Assembly: GCA_965206595.1 (NCBI GenBank)
Contig: OZ242214.1
Location: 4,864,001 to 4,928,000 of the forward strand
DNA from: Candidatus Latescibacterota bacterium
Lineage (GTDB): Bacteria; Latescibacterota; UBA2968; UBA8231
Direction of reading: 5' to 3'
DNA length: 64,000 nt
This document shows positions 61,310-64,000 of the stretch, piece by piece. Numbering within the stretch: the stretch's first letter is position 1; each line of letters opens with the position of its first letter. The position numbers and the translations under genes are program-made. Below the pieces are notes generated by a model, which did not search any database, was not told the origin of the DNA, and was given only the letters and a program-made list of their open reading frames with translations.

Positions 61310-62236
61310 TTAGTACCGCAACGAAGCTTTTATCCTGCCCCAGGAACTCGACCGGACCGCGCTGTCCACCAAAGGCACCTCCTTGCCCAATAAAAACCCG
61401 TCAATCCAATAACTGGAATCCTCACTAGGATTCCCACCGCCCCTGAGAAAACCGTCATCTACCAGATATGAGGTAGGGTCCGAATCTCTGTCGACGTCAC
61501 CTACCCAAAAGAATAAACCTATCACCTTTCCTGCCTCCAGTTCAGATACGACACTGTTTTCCTGATCATTCCTGATCAGAGCGTCGAACGGAGTTACGTA
61601 AAATTCCAGGGTCCAGACAACCGGGCTTTCCCCGACAGCAGCTTCCCCTCCATCCGCGTAGGGATAATCATTAACCCACTCCATTCCTTCGGGGTCATGA
61701 AGCAGCCCGACGGACCTGTCCATGTCCCAAAGTGAGGGAGCCACATACTTTTGCGCCTGCCTCATGCTGTCCCAAACTCTTTCCCCCGAAAAGAATCGAT
61801 AGGTGCCCCCAGAGTGGTCCCCATCGACCCCGAAAGACATGGCGTCCCGGCTCTGAAGGATCTTTTCCCTTACCGCATGGTAGTCGTCTGCCGCCTGCAG
61901 ACTACCGTACAGCCGGTTTTCCGTAGCGTTCCAGCCTAGCCACATTCGAAAATCCAAATCCGACGGATCATAGGATACTCTCTCCCGATCCAAAGTTTCC
62001 GAATCAAGGATGTAGACATGAAAGTCCAGCGCCGTCAAAGAGGGTTCAAACAGCTCTTCCCACTCCTCGATGCTTCCATCTTGGACATTGATCAACTCCA
62101 GCATGTCATCCGTAATCTCGAAAACAGGAATGATTCTCTCCCCCTGGTGGGCGGGGGCAATGTAAGGCCCGTTAATTAACAAGACCATGACCGCATACCC
62201 AACTGCGGTTGCCGGCTTATTTAAAATTCTCCGCAT
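61310..62236 (-). CDS. Secreted CBM9/DOMON-like paralog 4 (intact)
   Basis: Signal peptide, DGSIEEWEELFEPSLT, DGDHSGG, EFYVTPFD, SAVRSSSWGRIKASLRY. Confidence 0.78.
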   Translation of the reverse strand: MRRILNKPATAVGYAVMVLLINGPYIAPAHQGERIIPVFEITDDMLELINVQDGSIEEWEELFEPSLTALDFHVYILDSETLDRERVSYDPSDLDFRMWLGWNATENRLYGSLQAADDYHAVREKILQSRDAMSFGVDGDHSGGTYRFFSGERVWDSMRQAQKYVAPSLWDMDRSVGLLHDPEGMEWVNDYPYADGGEAAVGESPVVWTLEFYVTPFDALIRNDQENSVVSELEAGKVIGLFFWVGDVDRDSDPTSYLVDDGFLRGGGNPSEDSSYWIDGFLLGKEVPLVDSAVRSSSWGRIKASLRY

Positions 62237-62364
62237 CCTATCCCCCCTCCTGCTTCCTGGGAGTGAACACCGCTTCATAGGCTTCAAATCAGGCAAGCAG
62301 GGGGCATTCACCACGCCTTCCTACTTGCCTGAAAAACTTTCATTCTTGGGAAGGCCCAAGAACC

Positions 62365-62652
62365 TTACGAGCCCCCGTTGCAGGCGGTCTGGAAGCAATA
62401 ACCCGCCTCTTGGATACATCGGCTATTGTCTTCGGGGATGGAAGCGCAAAAAATGCCCACACACTGTTGTTCATTGCAGGGAAAGGCCTTTCCCGGAGGG
62501 ACCAACAACTGGTCAAGGGCAGAATACGTCCCCGAAGCCGACCCACCCGATGGCATTAAAACGCTAACCCCAGCGCCGGCCAATGCGACGCCAAGCGGTG
62601 CTATGCCGGCCTTCAGCACGGCAAGGACCTTCTTTCTTATCATGCCTATCAT
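62365..62652 (-). CDS. Small exported six-cysteine peptide (95 aa)
   Basis: GGAG RBS, basic N-terminus plus hydrophobic stretch, C-terminal Cx4Cx4Cx9Cx6Cx4C. Confidence 0.6.
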   Translation of the reverse strand: MIGMIRKKVLAVLKAGIAPLGVALAGAGVSVLMPSGGSASGTYSALDQLLVPPGKAFPCNEQQCVGIFCASIPEDNSRCIQEAGYCFQTACNGGS

Positions 62653-62856
62653 GGTCTTTTCTCCATAAAAACCGAGGATATGGAAAGGGAATGGAAAATG
62701 TAATTGTTCCATCGCGTGGCAGATTACGCGCATTAAAGGATTTTACCCTCCTTCCTCTGCCTAGGGTTTTTTCAAAGCAAATTCAATCCTTGCGATTCAA
62801 AACCAATCCCCCAATATTGGGTTCCATGTTTGTCTTCATCAAGTTTCAAGAGAGCT

Positions 62857-63788
62857 TTATTGCCTCAACGAGGCCTTGATCAGGCCCCAGGAACTTGGTC
62901 TAACGGCGCTGTCTTCCAAAAACTCCCCGGCCCCCAACAACAACCCATCAACAAAAGAATCAGCATTTTCCGAGGGGTTCGGAGCCGTACGCCTGACAAA
63001 CCCGTCGTCGATGGTGTAAGTGACCGACTTCGAAAGATCGCCATCTACATCGACGACCCGAATAAAAAAACCAATCACCTTACCGGCCACCAACTCCGAC
63101 ACCACACTGCTTTCCTGGTCATTCCAGATCAGCGCGTCAAATGGGGTTACGTAGAATTCCACACTCCAGAAAACAGGGTTCTCTCCGACCGCTCCTTCTC
63201 CTCCGTCGATATAAGGAGGATAGTTCACCCATTCGAAGCCCTCCGGGTCCAATTGCAACCCAACGGACCGATCCATATCCCATAATGAAGGGGCTATGTA
63301 CTTTTGGGCATGCCCAAAGGTGTCCCGATACCTCGGACCCGAAAAAAACATAAACGTTCCCCCGGAGTGATCGCCATCGACATATAGTGACAAAAAGTCC
63401 TCGTTTTGAAGAATTTCACTCTTACCATATAGGAGTCATCCGCCGCTTGAATGGCCACGTACACCCGACTGTGGGTACCATTCCATCCCAGCCAAATTCG
63501 AAAGTCGATGTCCGACGGGTCAAACGGTGCTATCACGCGATCGGAGGAAGCGGTAAAATCCAGCGTCGTCAAAGAAGGTTCGAATAGTTCTTCCCACTCG
63601 TCGATGCGCCCGTCCTTGAGATCGATCAACTCCAGCATGTCATCCGTGATCTCGTAAATGGGAAAAATCCTATCTCCTTGGTAGGCAATTGCAGCGGTAG
63701 AGCAAGAAATCAACGATACCACCACGAAACAGACGATTGCCTGTGACCACACGGGACACTTCCTGTTGAAATGGATAAAGGGTTTCAT
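62857..63788 (-). CDS. Secreted CBM9/DOMON-like paralog 5; 1-nt deletion at ~63404
   Basis: ORFs 63294-63788 and 62857-63393 are the two halves; ends SAVRPSSWGLIKASLRQ. Confidence 0.75.
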
Positions 63789-63858
63789 GTGCGTCTCCTT
63801 CTTATCGGTTTCAGTATGCTGCCGAGGTGCTTTTTGCAGACCGCCCGCCGGCCTCCAC

Positions 63859-64000
63859 TCAGAGGTCGATCGCGACCGCGTCCCCGGCTCCCAGCAGGGA
63901 ACGCTTCCCCGCGTCGACCACCTGCTGCGCCCGCAGTCCGTCCCCCTGGTTGACGCTGAAAGGCCCCCCGTTCAGGCACTGCTCGACTAAGTGGGCGATC
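63859..64000 (-). CDS. C-terminus of a probable Gfo/Idh/MocA-type oxidoreductase (starts outside the window)
   Basis: IAHLVEQCLNGGPFSVNQGDGLRAQQVVDAGKRS...IDL*. Confidence 0.45.
   Translation of the reverse strand, partial: IAHLVEQCLNGGPFSVNQGDGLRAQQVVDAGKRSLLGAGDAVAIDL

Noticed and set aside
59259-63788. Diversity-generating retroelement behind the paralog array
   Set aside because: No RT, and no template/variable repeat pair differing only at adenines was seen.

Overview
High-GC bacterial window, mostly catabolic genes: sugar-acid enzymes, three PhyH dioxygenases, GH4, sialidase-like, sulfatase remnant, CocE/NonD, ASPIC/FG-GAP, kelch and ankyrin proteins. This gene content and the secreted proteins ending in (S/T)WGxIK suggest a Latescibacterota/Poribacteria-like, possibly sponge-associated lineage (inference only). 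Accessory segments are interspersed: an HD dNTPase-like plus YwgA/SocA-like pair, a decayed island (MNT/HEPN remnant, truncated cas3 joined to a truncated integrase, RelE-type TA, IS1595 remnant), a TIR plus type II R-M island, two VapBC pairs, an intact IS630 and a tandem array of secreted CBM9/DOMON-like paralogs. Best finding: the ORF track splits one gene at 45947-46615 (-). It reads signal peptide, then TGA-GTG-GGC-TGA (putative Sec-Val-Gly-Sec, UxxU) with a SECIS-like hairpin, then a beta-barrel-like body ending in Phe, directly upstream of a YHS-TlpA thioredoxin. Many genes carry single-base indels in short homopolymers, which may be assembly errors. No rRNA, tRNA or CRISPR array was recognised. 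All family assignments come from motif recognition by eye, not database searches.
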